Positions 1 through 9,255 of a stretch of DNA of 64,000 bases are shown here, piece after piece; position 1 is the stretch's first letter; each line of letters opens with the position of its first letter. Where the stretch lies: NCBI GenBank assembly GCA_963716175.1, contig OY970296.1, positions 3,533,684-3,597,683 on the forward strand, given 5' to 3'. A program made the translations under genes and the position numbers. This DNA is from an uncultured Armatimonadetes bacterium (lineage in GTDB: Bacteria; Armatimonadota; Hebobacteria; Hebobacterales; Hebobacteraceae). Under the pieces are notes generated by a model that was not told where the DNA came from, ran no database searches, and saw only the letters and a program-made list of their open reading frames with translations.

Positions 1-240
1 CACTTCCCCCTGATGCGCTTTGGGGTGGCTACCGCACGGCGCGGCTGGCTAGAGCCTGCGGATGTGCTCAACACCTTGCCTCTCTCCCAACTTAAGGTGC
101 GGCTTCGGCGCGGGCGGGGGCACTAGGCAACAGGCAGGCCGTCAGCAGCTTTCTGCTCTCACGGGAAGGAGAGTCTGCCGGAGGGTGGAACAGGTCTGCG
201 CCGCCCGCCTCAGGCGGGCTGTCGGCGACTGCTCCGGGAG

Positions 241-549
241 GTGAGTGGCTTGACCAAGGCAGAGCTGATCGACGCGGTGGCAGAGAGAACGCGTCTCAAG
301 AAGAAAGACTTGGACCCGATCCTCGACGCGGTGCTGGCGGTGATTGCGGGCACTCTCAGGAAGCACGAGAAGGTGCAGATCAGCGGGTTCGGCACTTTCG
401 AGGCCCGCCGCCGCAAAGCGCGCACCGCGCGCAATCCCCGTACCCAGGAAACCATCAAGGTTGGCCCGAGCTGGTCCCTCGGTTTTCGTCCCGGCAAACA
501 GCTCAGGGAGCTAGTCAGCGGGAGGCCCGGCTCCGCCGGCCTCCGCTGA
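241..549 (+). CDS. hup: HU/IHF-family histone-like DNA-binding protein
   Basis: 102 aa; GFGTFE...R.ARNP.T motif typical of HU; GTG start with GGGAGG SD at 234-239. Confidence 0.85.
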   Translation: MSGLTKAELIDAVAERTRLKKKDLDPILDAVLAVIAGTLRKHEKVQISGFGTFEARRRKARTARNPRTQETIKVGPSWSLGFRPGKQLRELVSGRPGSAGLR

Positions 550-559
550 GATGATGCCG

Positions 560-590
560 GCGGCGAGGCCGGCGCCGCCGGCCTCGCCGC
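560..590 (+). terminator. Perfect 15-bp GC palindrome (GCGGCGAGGCCGGCG / CGCCGGCCTCGCCGC) directly after hup stop
   Basis: inverted repeat read from sequence; no T-tract (common in high-GC genomes). Confidence 0.5.
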
Positions 591-591
591 G

Positions 592-619
592 TTGACACAG
601 CTCTGCCCCATGCTATAAT
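592..619 (+). promoter_or_regulatory. sigma70-type promoter TTGACA-N16-TATAAT for tRNA-Pro
   Basis: TTGACA 592-597, TATAAT 614-619, tRNA 5' end 11 nt downstream. Confidence 0.6.
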
Positions 620-629
620 GGCCAGGCCA

Positions 630-706
630 CGGGGCGTGGCGCAATTTGGTAGCGCACCGGAATGGGGTTCCGGTGGTTGTCGGTTCGAGTCCGGCCGCCC
701 CGACCA
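630..706 (+). tRNA. tRNA-Pro (anticodon GGG), CCA encoded
   Basis: cloverleaf folded by hand: acceptor CGGGGCG/CGCCCCG, D stem GCGC, anticodon stem CCGGA/TCCGG loop AUGGGGU, T loop TTCGAGT, discriminator A + CCA. Confidence 0.85.
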
Positions 707-1077
707 GCTTCCTGCCGCTGTCTCTCGAGCCCCCGCCCGGACGAGTCGCGATTCCCTTTGGGCCGACTCCCACGAGCTGGCCGCGGCGCGCCTGGAGATC
801 CCGGTTCTGGGGTCTCCCTCGCACATTGCTCATTGCATTCCCAGCCAGGATGTGCTAGTATCTGAGTAGACAAGTTAGCCCTGCGGTGTACGTGATTGTC
901 TCGGAAGTTTTGAGCCAACACTTACGTCTTGGGAGCCAGAGTCTAGCTGCCAAGTGGTAGCCCGCCTTCGGCGGGATTCACGCGGTATGCAGCGCGGTTC
1001 CCACCTGCTTAGGCAGGTTCAAAAACTCATGAGGCACACGGCATGCGCGGGGCTTGCTGTGGATGCGCCAAGGTAAA

Positions 1078-1106
1078 GCGGGCCTGCACGGCAGGCCCGC
1101 TTTCGC
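1078..1106 (+). terminator. GC hairpin GCGGGCCTGC-ACG-GCAGGCCCGC followed by TTTCGCG; ends the unexplained 707-1105 non-coding stretch
   Basis: 10-bp stem, 3-nt loop, T-containing tail. Confidence 0.45.
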
Positions 1107-1126
1107 GTGCGTGCTCGCGGGCCTGG

Positions 1127-1156
1127 TTGCGCTGACCCGGCTGCACCCACTATAAT
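1127..1156 (+). promoter_or_regulatory. putative promoter TTGCGC-N18-TATAAT upstream of glycosyltransferase gene
   Basis: TATAAT 1151-1156; weak -35. Confidence 0.35.
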
Positions 1157-1191
1157 AGCCGCCGGTCGTCATCGCACACGCGGGGGGAAAC

Positions 1192-2388
1192 GTGGAAGCT
1201 GTCGCTCGTGGCCTGGAAGCAGGAGCTGTGCCTCAAACCGCGCGGATCCTGCTGGTGGCGCCACCCGCGCGTGGCGGGCTTGCCCGGCACGTGATCTCCC
1301 TGCTCGCGGCGCTTCACCAGGAAGGCTACGAGCTGGGTGTTGCCTCCGACCCGGAGGGGCCCATTGCCGAGGCGGCGAGAGAGCGATCGCTTCCCTTCTA
1401 TGGCGTTTCGGTCTCCGGGGTGAATCCCTCGCGCGCGGCGGTGGGAGCGCTCCAGATCGCGGGAGCGATCTCCGGCCTCCAGGCCCAGATCATCCACTCC
1501 CATTCCTTCAGCGCCAGCCTGATCAGCGCCCTCGCCGCTCCCTTGGCCCGCTCAGCGCGACTGGTGGCTACCATTCACAACTACCCTCCAGATGCCACCG
1601 GTATGCGCGCCGCCCGCGCTCAGCATCGGTGGGCGCTGCGCCAGGTGGTCCGCCGAGCGGCTCGCCTGATCACAGTCTCCGATGCGCTGCGCAGCGACTT
1701 GCTCGCGCTCTACCCGGGCGTCGCCGACAAGGCGATCACGATCCCTAACGGCATCGAGATCCGTGCCAGGACGGCCCGTGATCCAGCAGCAGCGAGGTCG
1801 GCCCTGGGGCTTCCGGGCGATGCCGCGCTGGTGGGCATGGTGGCGCGGTTGGCCCCGCAGAAGGGCATCCCCGAGTTCATCCGCGCCTGCCGGCTGGTGG
1901 CGGACCGCTGGCCTGAGGTGCAGTTCGTGCTGGCCGGCGAGGGTCCGCTCAGAGAAGAGGCCGTTTCATTGCAGGACGAGCTGGCGCTAGGTGAGAGGCT
2001 GCATCTGGTGGGAGCGGTGAACTCGACCGGTGACCTGATCGCCGCCCTGGACTTGCTGGTGGTTGCCTCCACCTCCGAGGGCTCCTCGCTGGTAGCGATG
2101 GAGGCGATGGCTAGGGAGAAACCGGTGGTGGCCACCCGCGTTGGCGGGGTTCCCGAGGTGGTCGCTGACGGCAACACCGGCGTCCTGGTGCAGCCAGGCG
2201 ATCCGGCCGCGCTGGCGGAGGGGATTGAAGCGCTGCTGCGGGATCCGGAGCGCGCCCAGCGGATGGGTGAACGGGGGCGACGCCGAGTGGCGGAGAGATT
2301 CGACCTCCACCAGATGCTCGAACGCACCAAACAGGTCTACGCCGATCTTCTCAGGGAGCAGATCAAGACCAAAGGCGGCGCCACGTGA
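1192..2388 (+). CDS. GT4-family (GT-B) glycosyltransferase
   Basis: 398 aa; C-terminal EGSSLVAMEAMA..KPVVAT..GG.PEVV motif of group-1 glycosyltransferases; GTG start. Confidence 0.85.
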   Translation: MEAVARGLEAGAVPQTARILLVAPPARGGLARHVISLLAALHQEGYELGVASDPEGPIAEAARERSLPFYGVSVSGVNPSRAAVGALQIAGAISGLQAQIIHSHSFSASLISALAAPLARSARLVATIHNYPPDATGMRAARAQHRWALRQVVRRAARLITVSDALRSDLLALYPGVADKAITIPNGIEIRARTARDPAAARSALGLPGDAALVGMVARLAPQKGIPEFIRACRLVADRWPEVQFVLAGEGPLREEAVSLQDELALGERLHLVGAVNSTGDLIAALDLLVVASTSEGSSLVAMEAMAREKPVVATRVGGVPEVVADGNTGVLVQPGDPAALAEGIEALLRDPERAQRMGERGRRRVAERFDLHQMLERTKQVYADLLREQIKTKGGAT

Positions 2389-4577
2389 GGCCCGCCCTGG
2401 TAGCAATACTGGCGGTCGCCTGCATGGCGACCGGGCTGTCCGGCAGTGCTCTGGCTGGCGGGCGGAAGCTCGTCCTCGGCATCGTTGACCAGGTGACGTG
2501 GAGCGACCTGCTGAGCGACGAGGTCCAGGCGCCAACGCTGAAGGGATTGGCCAGGAACAGCGGCGCCGGCCTGATGTGCGTGCGCACCGGGCGGGCTTCG
2601 GGTGGCGGCTATCTCACCATCGGGGCCGGCGCCCGCGCCAGCGCCTCCCAGCCCCAATCCCAGCCCGGCCCTGAGGGAAGAGCCTTCCTGAGGAACGAGA
2701 TCGTGGGCGGCGAGGCCGCTGGTCGCGCATACGCTGCCTACACTGGGTGGCCGGTGGGCGCGAATGGCATCGTCCACCTGGGGATTGGCAACCTGGTGCG
2801 CCAGAATCAGCCCACTACGTATCCCATCACCCTCGGCCTGCTGGGAAGCGCTCTGCACCGGTCGGGCCTGCACGTCGCCTGTGTCGGCAACGCCGACCTT
2901 CCGGACTCACCGCATCGGGAGCTGGCGGCCGTGGCCATGGATGAGCGGGGCCGGGTGGAGTTCGGCGACATCGGCGCCGGGCTGCTGGAGCGTGATCCCA
3001 GGCTGCCTTACCTGCTCACCACCCGCGGTGACCGCCTGCTCTCGGCCTTTCGGCGCGCGTTGGCCGTGGCCGATCTGATCGTGGTTGACTTCGGCGAGAC
3101 CTCGCGGGTGGGAGAGTACGCCGATGCGATGCCTCCTGCCGCCGCCCAGGCTGCGCGGCGCCGCGCTGTCGAGCGGGTGGATAGCCTGCTCGCAGGTGTG
3201 CTGAGAGAACTCCCGCCGACTGGCTGGGGGCTGATGCTGCTGGCGCCCACCGCGCGCGCCGCAGATCCCGAGGAGCAGTTCGCCAATCTGACCCCGGTCA
3301 TCTTCTATCTGCCCGGGGCCGAGCCGGGTCTTCTGACTTCACCCTCAACTCGCCGTCCCGGGCTGGTAGTGAACACGGATGTCGCTCCCACCATTCTCGG
3401 CTACTTCAGCCTCCAGACCCCCCCGGCCGCGGTCGGGCGGCCGATGCGGGTTGAGCCGACCAGGGGCGACTTGCTGGCCCGGGTGAAGAGCGACGAGGCT
3501 CGCCAGGCTGGGGTTGAGGTGGCGAGGCGCTATGCCTTCCGCTGGCTGGCCGTGCTGGCTGCCATTGCCCTCTGGGCGGCCGCGGGGATGTTCGCGCTGG
3601 GAGAGGGGGCGGCGCGCTGGGCGCGCGTGCTGGTGCGAGGATTGCTGCTAGCCCTGTTGGCCGCGCCGCCGGCGCTGCTCCTGGTGGGCCTGCGCCCCAT
3701 GTCGGCGGCGCAGATGCTGGCGGGCGCGGTGGCGATCTCGCTGGTGATCGCGTTCCTCGGCGCGGCGGCGACTCGCTGGAGGGCCGGGCATGCCCCGCCG
3801 GCGCTGCTCCTGGTGGCCTTGCTCGTCTACGACCTGGTGAAGGGGCAGACTATGCTCCAGTGGTCGCCGTTGAGCTACTCCGCGGCCGCTGGCGCTCGCT
3901 TCTACGGCCTCGGCAACGAGTACGGGGGAGCGCTCCTGGGCGGCGCGCTGGTGAGCGTAGCGAGTCTGCTACCAGCGCGTGAACGCGGGGGCGCCGTCGG
4001 GCGCTTGCTGGTCGGTGTGGTGCTGCTGGGCATCGCAGGCCTGGCAGGCTATCCCCGATTCGGCGCGAATCTGGGGATGGCTCTCGCCTGCGCCATCGGG
4101 TTTGCGGCCTTCATCGTCTACCTGTGGAGCGAGCGGCCCACCTGGGCCGATGCCGTCGCGGCGCTGCTGGTGGCGCTGCTGGTGGCCGGGGCGGCCATGG
4201 CAGTAGATGTGTTCCGCCACGGAGCCGAGGCCTCGCACCTTGGCCTGTTCGCCGCCTCTCTCCGGTCTCAGGGATGGGGTGCGCTGGGCCAAGTAGCGAT
4301 CCGCAAATGGACCCTGAACTGGTTGCTGGTGCGCACCTCGCTGTGGACGGATGCCGCGCTGGCCGGGTTTGGGGTGGTGGGTGTGCTGCTGCTGGCACGG
4401 CCTCGCCGTGGCGTTGCTGCCATGGCAGAGCGCCCGTGGCTGGCGCCGGCTCTCACCGCCTGCGTGGTCGGGGCCATCGCCTCCTGGGCTCTCAACGACT
4501 CCGGCATCGTCGCTGCCGCGCTGGTGCTGCTGTATGGCGCCGGCTCCTTCGCCTACCTGGGGCTGGGCGAGGCCTGA
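2385..4577 (+). CDS. membrane protein: N-terminal signal peptide + alkaline-phosphatase-superfamily-like ectodomain (LGIVDQVTWSDL ... NTDVAPTILGY) fused to C-terminal ~10-12 TM domain
   Basis: 730 aa; GTGA overlap with upstream GT4 gene (translational coupling); hydrophobic C-terminal half. Confidence 0.65.
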   Translation: MRPALVAILAVACMATGLSGSALAGGRKLVLGIVDQVTWSDLLSDEVQAPTLKGLARNSGAGLMCVRTGRASGGGYLTIGAGARASASQPQSQPGPEGRAFLRNEIVGGEAAGRAYAAYTGWPVGANGIVHLGIGNLVRQNQPTTYPITLGLLGSALHRSGLHVACVGNADLPDSPHRELAAVAMDERGRVEFGDIGAGLLERDPRLPYLLTTRGDRLLSAFRRALAVADLIVVDFGETSRVGEYADAMPPAAAQAARRRAVERVDSLLAGVLRELPPTGWGLMLLAPTARAADPEEQFANLTPVIFYLPGAEPGLLTSPSTRRPGLVVNTDVAPTILGYFSLQTPPAAVGRPMRVEPTRGDLLARVKSDEARQAGVEVARRYAFRWLAVLAAIALWAAAGMFALGEGAARWARVLVRGLLLALLAAPPALLLVGLRPMSAAQMLAGAVAISLVIAFLGAAATRWRAGHAPPALLLVALLVYDLVKGQTMLQWSPLSYSAAAGARFYGLGNEYGGALLGGALVSVASLLPARERGGAVGRLLVGVVLLGIAGLAGYPRFGANLGMALACAIGFAAFIVYLWSERPTWADAVAALLVALLVAGAAMAVDVFRHGAEASHLGLFAASLRSQGWGALGQVAIRKWTLNWLLVRTSLWTDAALAGFGVVGVLLLARPRRGVAAMAERPWLAPALTACVVGAIASWALNDSGIVAAALVLLYGAGSFAYLGLGEA

Positions 4578-4667
4578 GCCGTTCTCAGCACAAACCGAGC
4601 AGCGCCAGCAGGCTCGCCTCCTTGCCCTGCTGCCAGCCGGACGGTAAAATCGCCGTGGGGTACGGCT

Positions 4668-5675
4668 ATGGGTGACGCGGGGCTGAAAGAGGCGCTGTAC
4701 TGGGAGGCGGCAGAAGGCGGACGGGTGCACTGCCTGCTCTGCCCGCATGGCTGCCGCATCGGGGAAGGGCAGGTGGGGCTGTGCCGGGTGCGGCGCAACG
4801 TCGGCGGAGTGCTGCGAAGCCTCAACTACGGCCGCGTCTCGGCCGTCAACTGGGACCCCATCGAGAAGAAGCCGCTATTCCACTTCCACCCCGGCTCGAT
4901 CATTCTCTCCCTGGGCAGCATCGGCTGCAATCTCGCCTGCTCCTTCTGCCAGAACTGGTCCATCTCCCAGGAAGAGGCCGGGACGCGCCGGCTGTCGCCA
5001 GAGCAAGCCGTGGCCATGGCGCGAGGCGATAGGGCCAACTTAGGCCTAGCCTATACCTACAACGAGCCGTTTGTCTGGTACGAGTTTGTGCTCGAGACCG
5101 CGCAGCTGGCAAGAGCGGCCGGGCTGAAGAACGTGCTGGTGACCAATGGCTATATCCGAGAGGAGCCCCTGCGCCAGCTCCTTCCTTTCGTTGATGCCAT
5201 GAATGTTGACATCAAAGCGATGAGCGACAGCTTCTACCGGGAGCTGTGCCAGGGCCGCGCCGAGCCGCCTCGCCGCACGGTCGAGATCGCCAAGGAGCAG
5301 GGCTGCCTGGTGGAGGTGACCAACCTGGTGATTCCGAACTGGAACGACTCCGAGGAAGCTATCGCCGGCTTCATCGCATGGACGGCCAGCGTAGACCCGG
5401 AGATGCCGGTCCACTTCTCGCGCTATCACCCGGATTATCAGCTCTCGGAGCCGCCCACGCCGCCCGAGACCCTGGCGCGGGCCCGGGAGATGGCACGCCA
5501 GAAGCTGCGCTATGTCTATGTGGGCAACCTATGGGGCGGAGAGGGAGAGGACACCGTCTGCCCAGGTTGTGACAAGGTGGTGGTGGAACGCCGCGGGTTC
5601 GCGGTGTCTCGGGTGTCCGTGCGCGGCGGACGCTGCGAGTTCTGCGGGGCCGAGATCAAGATTCTGGGCACGTGA
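4668..5675 (+). CDS. AmmeMemoRadiSam-system radical SAM enzyme (PflA-like)
   Basis: 335 aa; N-terminal HCLLCPHGC...GLCRVR, DPIEKKPLFHF, CNLACSFCQNW (CX3CX2C) match this family closely. Confidence 0.8.
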   Translation: MGDAGLKEALYWEAAEGGRVHCLLCPHGCRIGEGQVGLCRVRRNVGGVLRSLNYGRVSAVNWDPIEKKPLFHFHPGSIILSLGSIGCNLACSFCQNWSISQEEAGTRRLSPEQAVAMARGDRANLGLAYTYNEPFVWYEFVLETAQLARAAGLKNVLVTNGYIREEPLRQLLPFVDAMNVDIKAMSDSFYRELCQGRAEPPRRTVEIAKEQGCLVEVTNLVIPNWNDSEEAIAGFIAWTASVDPEMPVHFSRYHPDYQLSEPPTPPETLARAREMARQKLRYVYVGNLWGGEGEDTVCPGCDKVVVERRGFAVSRVSVRGGRCEFCGAEIKILGT

Positions 5676-5710
5676 TGGAGCGTGCCTGAGTGAAAGGAGA
5701 CATTTGAGCC

Positions 5711-6076
5711 ATGCCAGAACAGCCGAAGACAGTGTCGTGGCGGGATCTGTTTGAGAAGACGGTTGACCTTGGACTAGGGGCAGCCTTGCTGACCAAGGAA
5801 GCAGCCTCCAAGCTGGTGGAGGATGTGGTGAAGCGCGGCTCCATGAGCAAGGAGGAGGGCCAGAAACTGATCTCCGATATGCTGGAGAAGGGCAAGCAGC
5901 AGAAGGATAAGATGGAAGCCCTGATTCGGCGGACCATCGAGCGCATGCTGGCGCAATCGGACCTCGCCCGGCAGTCCACGGTAGAGAAGCTGGAGCGGCG
6001 TGTGTTCGAGCTGGAGGAGGAGCTGAGGCGGAGGCGAGAGCAAAGTGAGGCTCCCGCCGACCCGGACTGTCTATGA
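5711..6076 (+). CDS. phasin-family (PHA granule-associated) protein
   Basis: 121 aa, coiled-coil, LLTKEAASKLVEDVVKRGSMSKEEGQKLI pattern. Confidence 0.65.
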   Translation: MPEQPKTVSWRDLFEKTVDLGLGAALLTKEAASKLVEDVVKRGSMSKEEGQKLISDMLEKGKQQKDKMEALIRRTIERMLAQSDLARQSTVEKLERRVFELEEELRRRREQSEAPADPDCL

Positions 6077-7728
6077 ACCTGCCCATCGGTCTGCCCAACC
6101 TGGGGCGAGTGCGACAGATCCTTTCGGTTCTGGTTCTCGACTATGGGTTTGGCTTCTTCTTCGACCAGCTTGGCCTCGGCAGTCTGCTGCCGGTGGGCCG
6201 GCGGCGCGGCGTAGCACGACAATACGCCCGGCTCTCGGGCCCCGCTCGGCTTCGCCTGGCGCTGGCCGAGCTGGGGCCCACTTTCATCAAGCTCGGCCAG
6301 GTGCTGAGCGCGCGCGCCGACCTGCTCCCGGCCGCGGTGGTGGCGGAACTCCGGCACCTGCAGGACGAGGCGCCGGCCGTCCCCTTCGACCAGATCAGGG
6401 GCCGGATCGAGACCGAACTGGGCCGGCCGGTGGAGAGGTGCTTCGCCCGGCTCGATGCCGCGCCGCTTTCCGCCGCTTCTCTGGGCCAGGTGCATGCCGC
6501 GGCGCTGCCGGACGGGCGCGAGGTGACAGTGAAGGTGCTCCGCCCCGGCGCCCGCCACATGGTGGAGGCCGATCTCCAGATTCTGTCGGAGGTAGCGCGG
6601 CTGCTGCATCGGCAGGTGCCAGCCCTCCAGGTGTACGATCTGCCGGGGCTCATGCGGCAGTTCTCCAACCAGATGCAGGATGAGCTGATCTATACCCTGG
6701 AGGCGCACAACGCCGACCGCCTCCGGCAGATCCTCGGAGACGCGGGCATTCAAGTGCGCATTCCAGAGGTGATATGGGAGCTGACGACGCGCCGCGTCCT
6801 GACCACAGCGCGGGTCTATGGGCGGCGCGTAGACCGCCTCTCTGGGGTGGCTTTCGACCGGGCGGCGGCGGCGCGCGCCCTGGGCCAGGGCCTGCTCCAC
6901 CAGATGTTTGTGGACGGCTTCTTCCACGGCGACCCGCACCAGGGCAATGTGCTCTTCGGCGACCAGGGCGAGATCGTGATGCTCGATTTCGGCATCATGG
7001 GCTACCTCGACCCTCGGGATCGCGTCTTGCTCGGCCAGATCATGCGCCACCTGTACCGGCAGGATGTGGATGGGGTGATGGACGCCATGTTCGAACTGGG
7101 GAGTGTGGGTCCCGAGACCGATCCCGTGGCCCTGCGCAGCGAGCTCACCGGCATCGTCAGCCGATTCGTCACCCTCCCCCGCCGAGACTTCCCGCTGGGC
7201 GAGATGCTCACCCGCATGCTGCGTGTGCTCTGGCTCAACCAGGTGCGAGTCTCTCCGGAGCTGTCGCTGTCGGTCAAGGCCGTGCTCATGACCGAAGCGA
7301 TATGCAGCGAGCTGGATCCCGATTTCGACTTCCGGGAGCTGGTGCAGCCGGTGGTGGAGGAGGCGCGGGCGCAGCAGCTCAGCGCACACGCCATCTACGA
7401 CCGGGTGGCGCGGGCGGCAGAGGCCACCGGCCACCATCTCGGCAAGCTGCCGGGGCAGATAGACCGTCTTCTCTCTCTCGCCGGCCGCGGCGGCCTGCGG
7501 CTGCGGCTGGATGATCCGGGCGCCGAGGCGCGTTGGGCCGGCCTGGGGCGAGCGCTCAACCGCCTCTCCCTCAGTCTACTGGCAGCCGTGCTGTTCTTGA
7601 GCAGCGCCATCTACCTCTCCGGCGCCCGGCATCCCGCCCATGTGGGCCTGGGCGTGGCGGCGGTGGCGGCAGGCGTGGTCCTGGGCCTGGTCGTGGTCTT
7701 CTCTCTGCTTCGCCCCGGTCGCTTGTAG
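6073..7728 (+). CDS. ubiB: UbiB/ABC1/AarF atypical kinase
   Basis: 551 aa; LAELGPTFIKLGQVLS, AASLGQVHAA..G..V.VKV motifs; ATGA overlap with phasin gene; C-terminal TM. Confidence 0.85.
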   Translation: MNLPIGLPNLGRVRQILSVLVLDYGFGFFFDQLGLGSLLPVGRRRGVARQYARLSGPARLRLALAELGPTFIKLGQVLSARADLLPAAVVAELRHLQDEAPAVPFDQIRGRIETELGRPVERCFARLDAAPLSAASLGQVHAAALPDGREVTVKVLRPGARHMVEADLQILSEVARLLHRQVPALQVYDLPGLMRQFSNQMQDELIYTLEAHNADRLRQILGDAGIQVRIPEVIWELTTRRVLTTARVYGRRVDRLSGVAFDRAAAARALGQGLLHQMFVDGFFHGDPHQGNVLFGDQGEIVMLDFGIMGYLDPRDRVLLGQIMRHLYRQDVDGVMDAMFELGSVGPETDPVALRSELTGIVSRFVTLPRRDFPLGEMLTRMLRVLWLNQVRVSPELSLSVKAVLMTEAICSELDPDFDFRELVQPVVEEARAQQLSAHAIYDRVARAAEATGHHLGKLPGQIDRLLSLAGRGGLRLRLDDPGAEARWAGLGRALNRLSLSLLAAVLFLSSAIYLSGARHPAHVGLGVAAVAAGVVLGLVVVFSLLRPGRL

Positions 7729-7729
7729 T

Positions 7730-8332
7730 GTGCCATTCGGCTCGCTTGGAGCGCGCGACTTGCTGATCCTCGCCTCCCGATCACCTCGCCGCCAGAGCCT
7801 GCTGCGGTCGGCGGGGATTGACTTCCGGGTAGTGGCGCCCCCAATGGAGGACGCTACCTCGCGCCGCGTTCGCGGCAGCTACGCGGTGTGGGTGCGGCGG
7901 GCGGCTCTGCAGAAGGCGCTGGCGGTGGCCGCCCACGCGCGCGGCGTGGTGCTGGGCGCGGATACCATCGTGGTGTGCGAGGGCGAGGTGCTGGGCAAGC
8001 CCTCCGGCCCCAGTGATGCGCGCCGCATGCTCCGAAAGCTAAGCGGGAAGTGGCACCGAGTGTACACTGGCGTGGCGCTGGTATGTGGGAGGCAGCGTCT
8101 CCTGGACTACGAGCGAACGGAGGTGGCCTTTCGGCGGCTGTCGAAGCGGGAGGTTGATTGGTATGTCGAGACCGGGGAGCCCATGGACAAGGCCGGCGCC
8201 TATGCTATCCAGGAACAGGGTGCAGGCCTGGTGCAGGCGGTGCGAGGCTGCTATACCAATGTGATCGGGCTGCCGCTGCCCACGGTGCTCAAAATGCTGG
8301 CTCAGTTCCGGCCTGAAGATCGAGCCCGATGA
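7730..8332 (+). CDS. maf: Maf-like nucleoside triphosphate pyrophosphatase
   Basis: LILAS.SPRR, GADT.V, G.AYAIQ motifs; GTG start 2 nt after ubiB stop. Confidence 0.85.
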   Translation: MPFGSLGARDLLILASRSPRRQSLLRSAGIDFRVVAPPMEDATSRRVRGSYAVWVRRAALQKALAVAAHARGVVLGADTIVVCEGEVLGKPSGPSDARRMLRKLSGKWHRVYTGVALVCGRQRLLDYERTEVAFRRLSKREVDWYVETGEPMDKAGAYAIQEQGAGLVQAVRGCYTNVIGLPLPTVLKMLAQFRPEDRAR

Positions 8333-8415
8333 CGGGACCCAGGCTGCGGCCGGTGAGCGCGAACCGCCGAGGCGCGGCTCGTGCTACGTAGCGAAGCTAC
8401 TACGCAGAGTAGCAT

Positions 8416-9255
8416 ATGATCATCCAGCTTCGGAAGCAGTGGAGCCGCTCCCTGTTGCTGCTGGGCATCCTCTGTCTGGCCGCGCTCGGGCTGGAGGGCT
8501 GGCAGCGGGCGGCCCAGCGAGCTGGCGGCGCCATGTGGCTCGATCAGCTGGTCTGCACGGCCGCGTCCCCTGTTCAGCGCGCGCTGCTCCGCGCCTCCCG
8601 GGGTGCGGAAGGGGCCTGGCTGACGCTGGCGGGATCGCGTCGCCTGGCGCGAGAGAACGCTCGCCTGTCGCAGGAGGTGGCCGCTCTCCGCGCCAGACTC
8701 GACCGCCTGCAAGAGCGGTCGGCCGTACTCCGCCGGGAGAACGTCCTGCGCGCCGCCTATCCGACCGCGAATCGCCCCGAGCGGATCGCCCACATCATCG
8801 GGATCACGGCCGATGGGTGGGAGTCTTACCTGGTGCTGGATCGGGGAAGCTCGCAGGGGGTCCGGGTGCGCGATGTGGCGGTAGCGAGAGACGGCCTGGT
8901 GGGCCAGGTCTATGCCGTCGCCGCCCACAGCGCGCGGGTGCTGCCCATCACCGATCCCGCCAGCGGCGTGGCAGTGCGAGTGCAGAGGTCGCGGGAGGCG
9001 GGCATCGTCAAGGGCGCGGGCGAATGGCGCTGCGAGCTGCGCTACCTGGGGCCGCAGGCGCAAGTGCGCGCCGGGGATACGCTCCTGAGCGCCGGGACTG
9101 GAGGCGTGTTCCCGAAAGGGCTGCGGGTAGGCACCGTGGTCTCGGTGAGTTCGGACGCGAGCACCTCCGGAAAGATGGCCGTGGTGGCGCCCGCGGTCAG
9201 AATGCAGGAGGTGGAAGAGGTGCTGCTGCTGCCCCGGTCCGGGCCCAGTGGATGA
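8416..9255 (+). CDS. mreC: rod shape-determining protein MreC
   Basis: 279 aa; N-terminal TM, coiled coil, C-terminal beta domains (GLVGQVYAV...RVLPITDP.S.V). Confidence 0.8.
   Translation: MIIQLRKQWSRSLLLLGILCLAALGLEGWQRAAQRAGGAMWLDQLVCTAASPVQRALLRASRGAEGAWLTLAGSRRLARENARLSQEVAALRARLDRLQERSAVLRRENVLRAAYPTANRPERIAHIIGITADGWESYLVLDRGSSQGVRVRDVAVARDGLVGQVYAVAAHSARVLPITDPASGVAVRVQRSREAGIVKGAGEWRCELRYLGPQAQVRAGDTLLSAGTGGVFPKGLRVGTVVSVSSDASTSGKMAVVAPAVRMQEVEEVLLLPRSGPSG

Noticed and set aside
5656-7437. 593-aa minus-strand ORF antisense to ubiB
   Set aside because: Arg/His/Gln-rich low-complexity translation typical of antisense frames in high-GC DNA. ubiB on the plus strand has clear family motifs.
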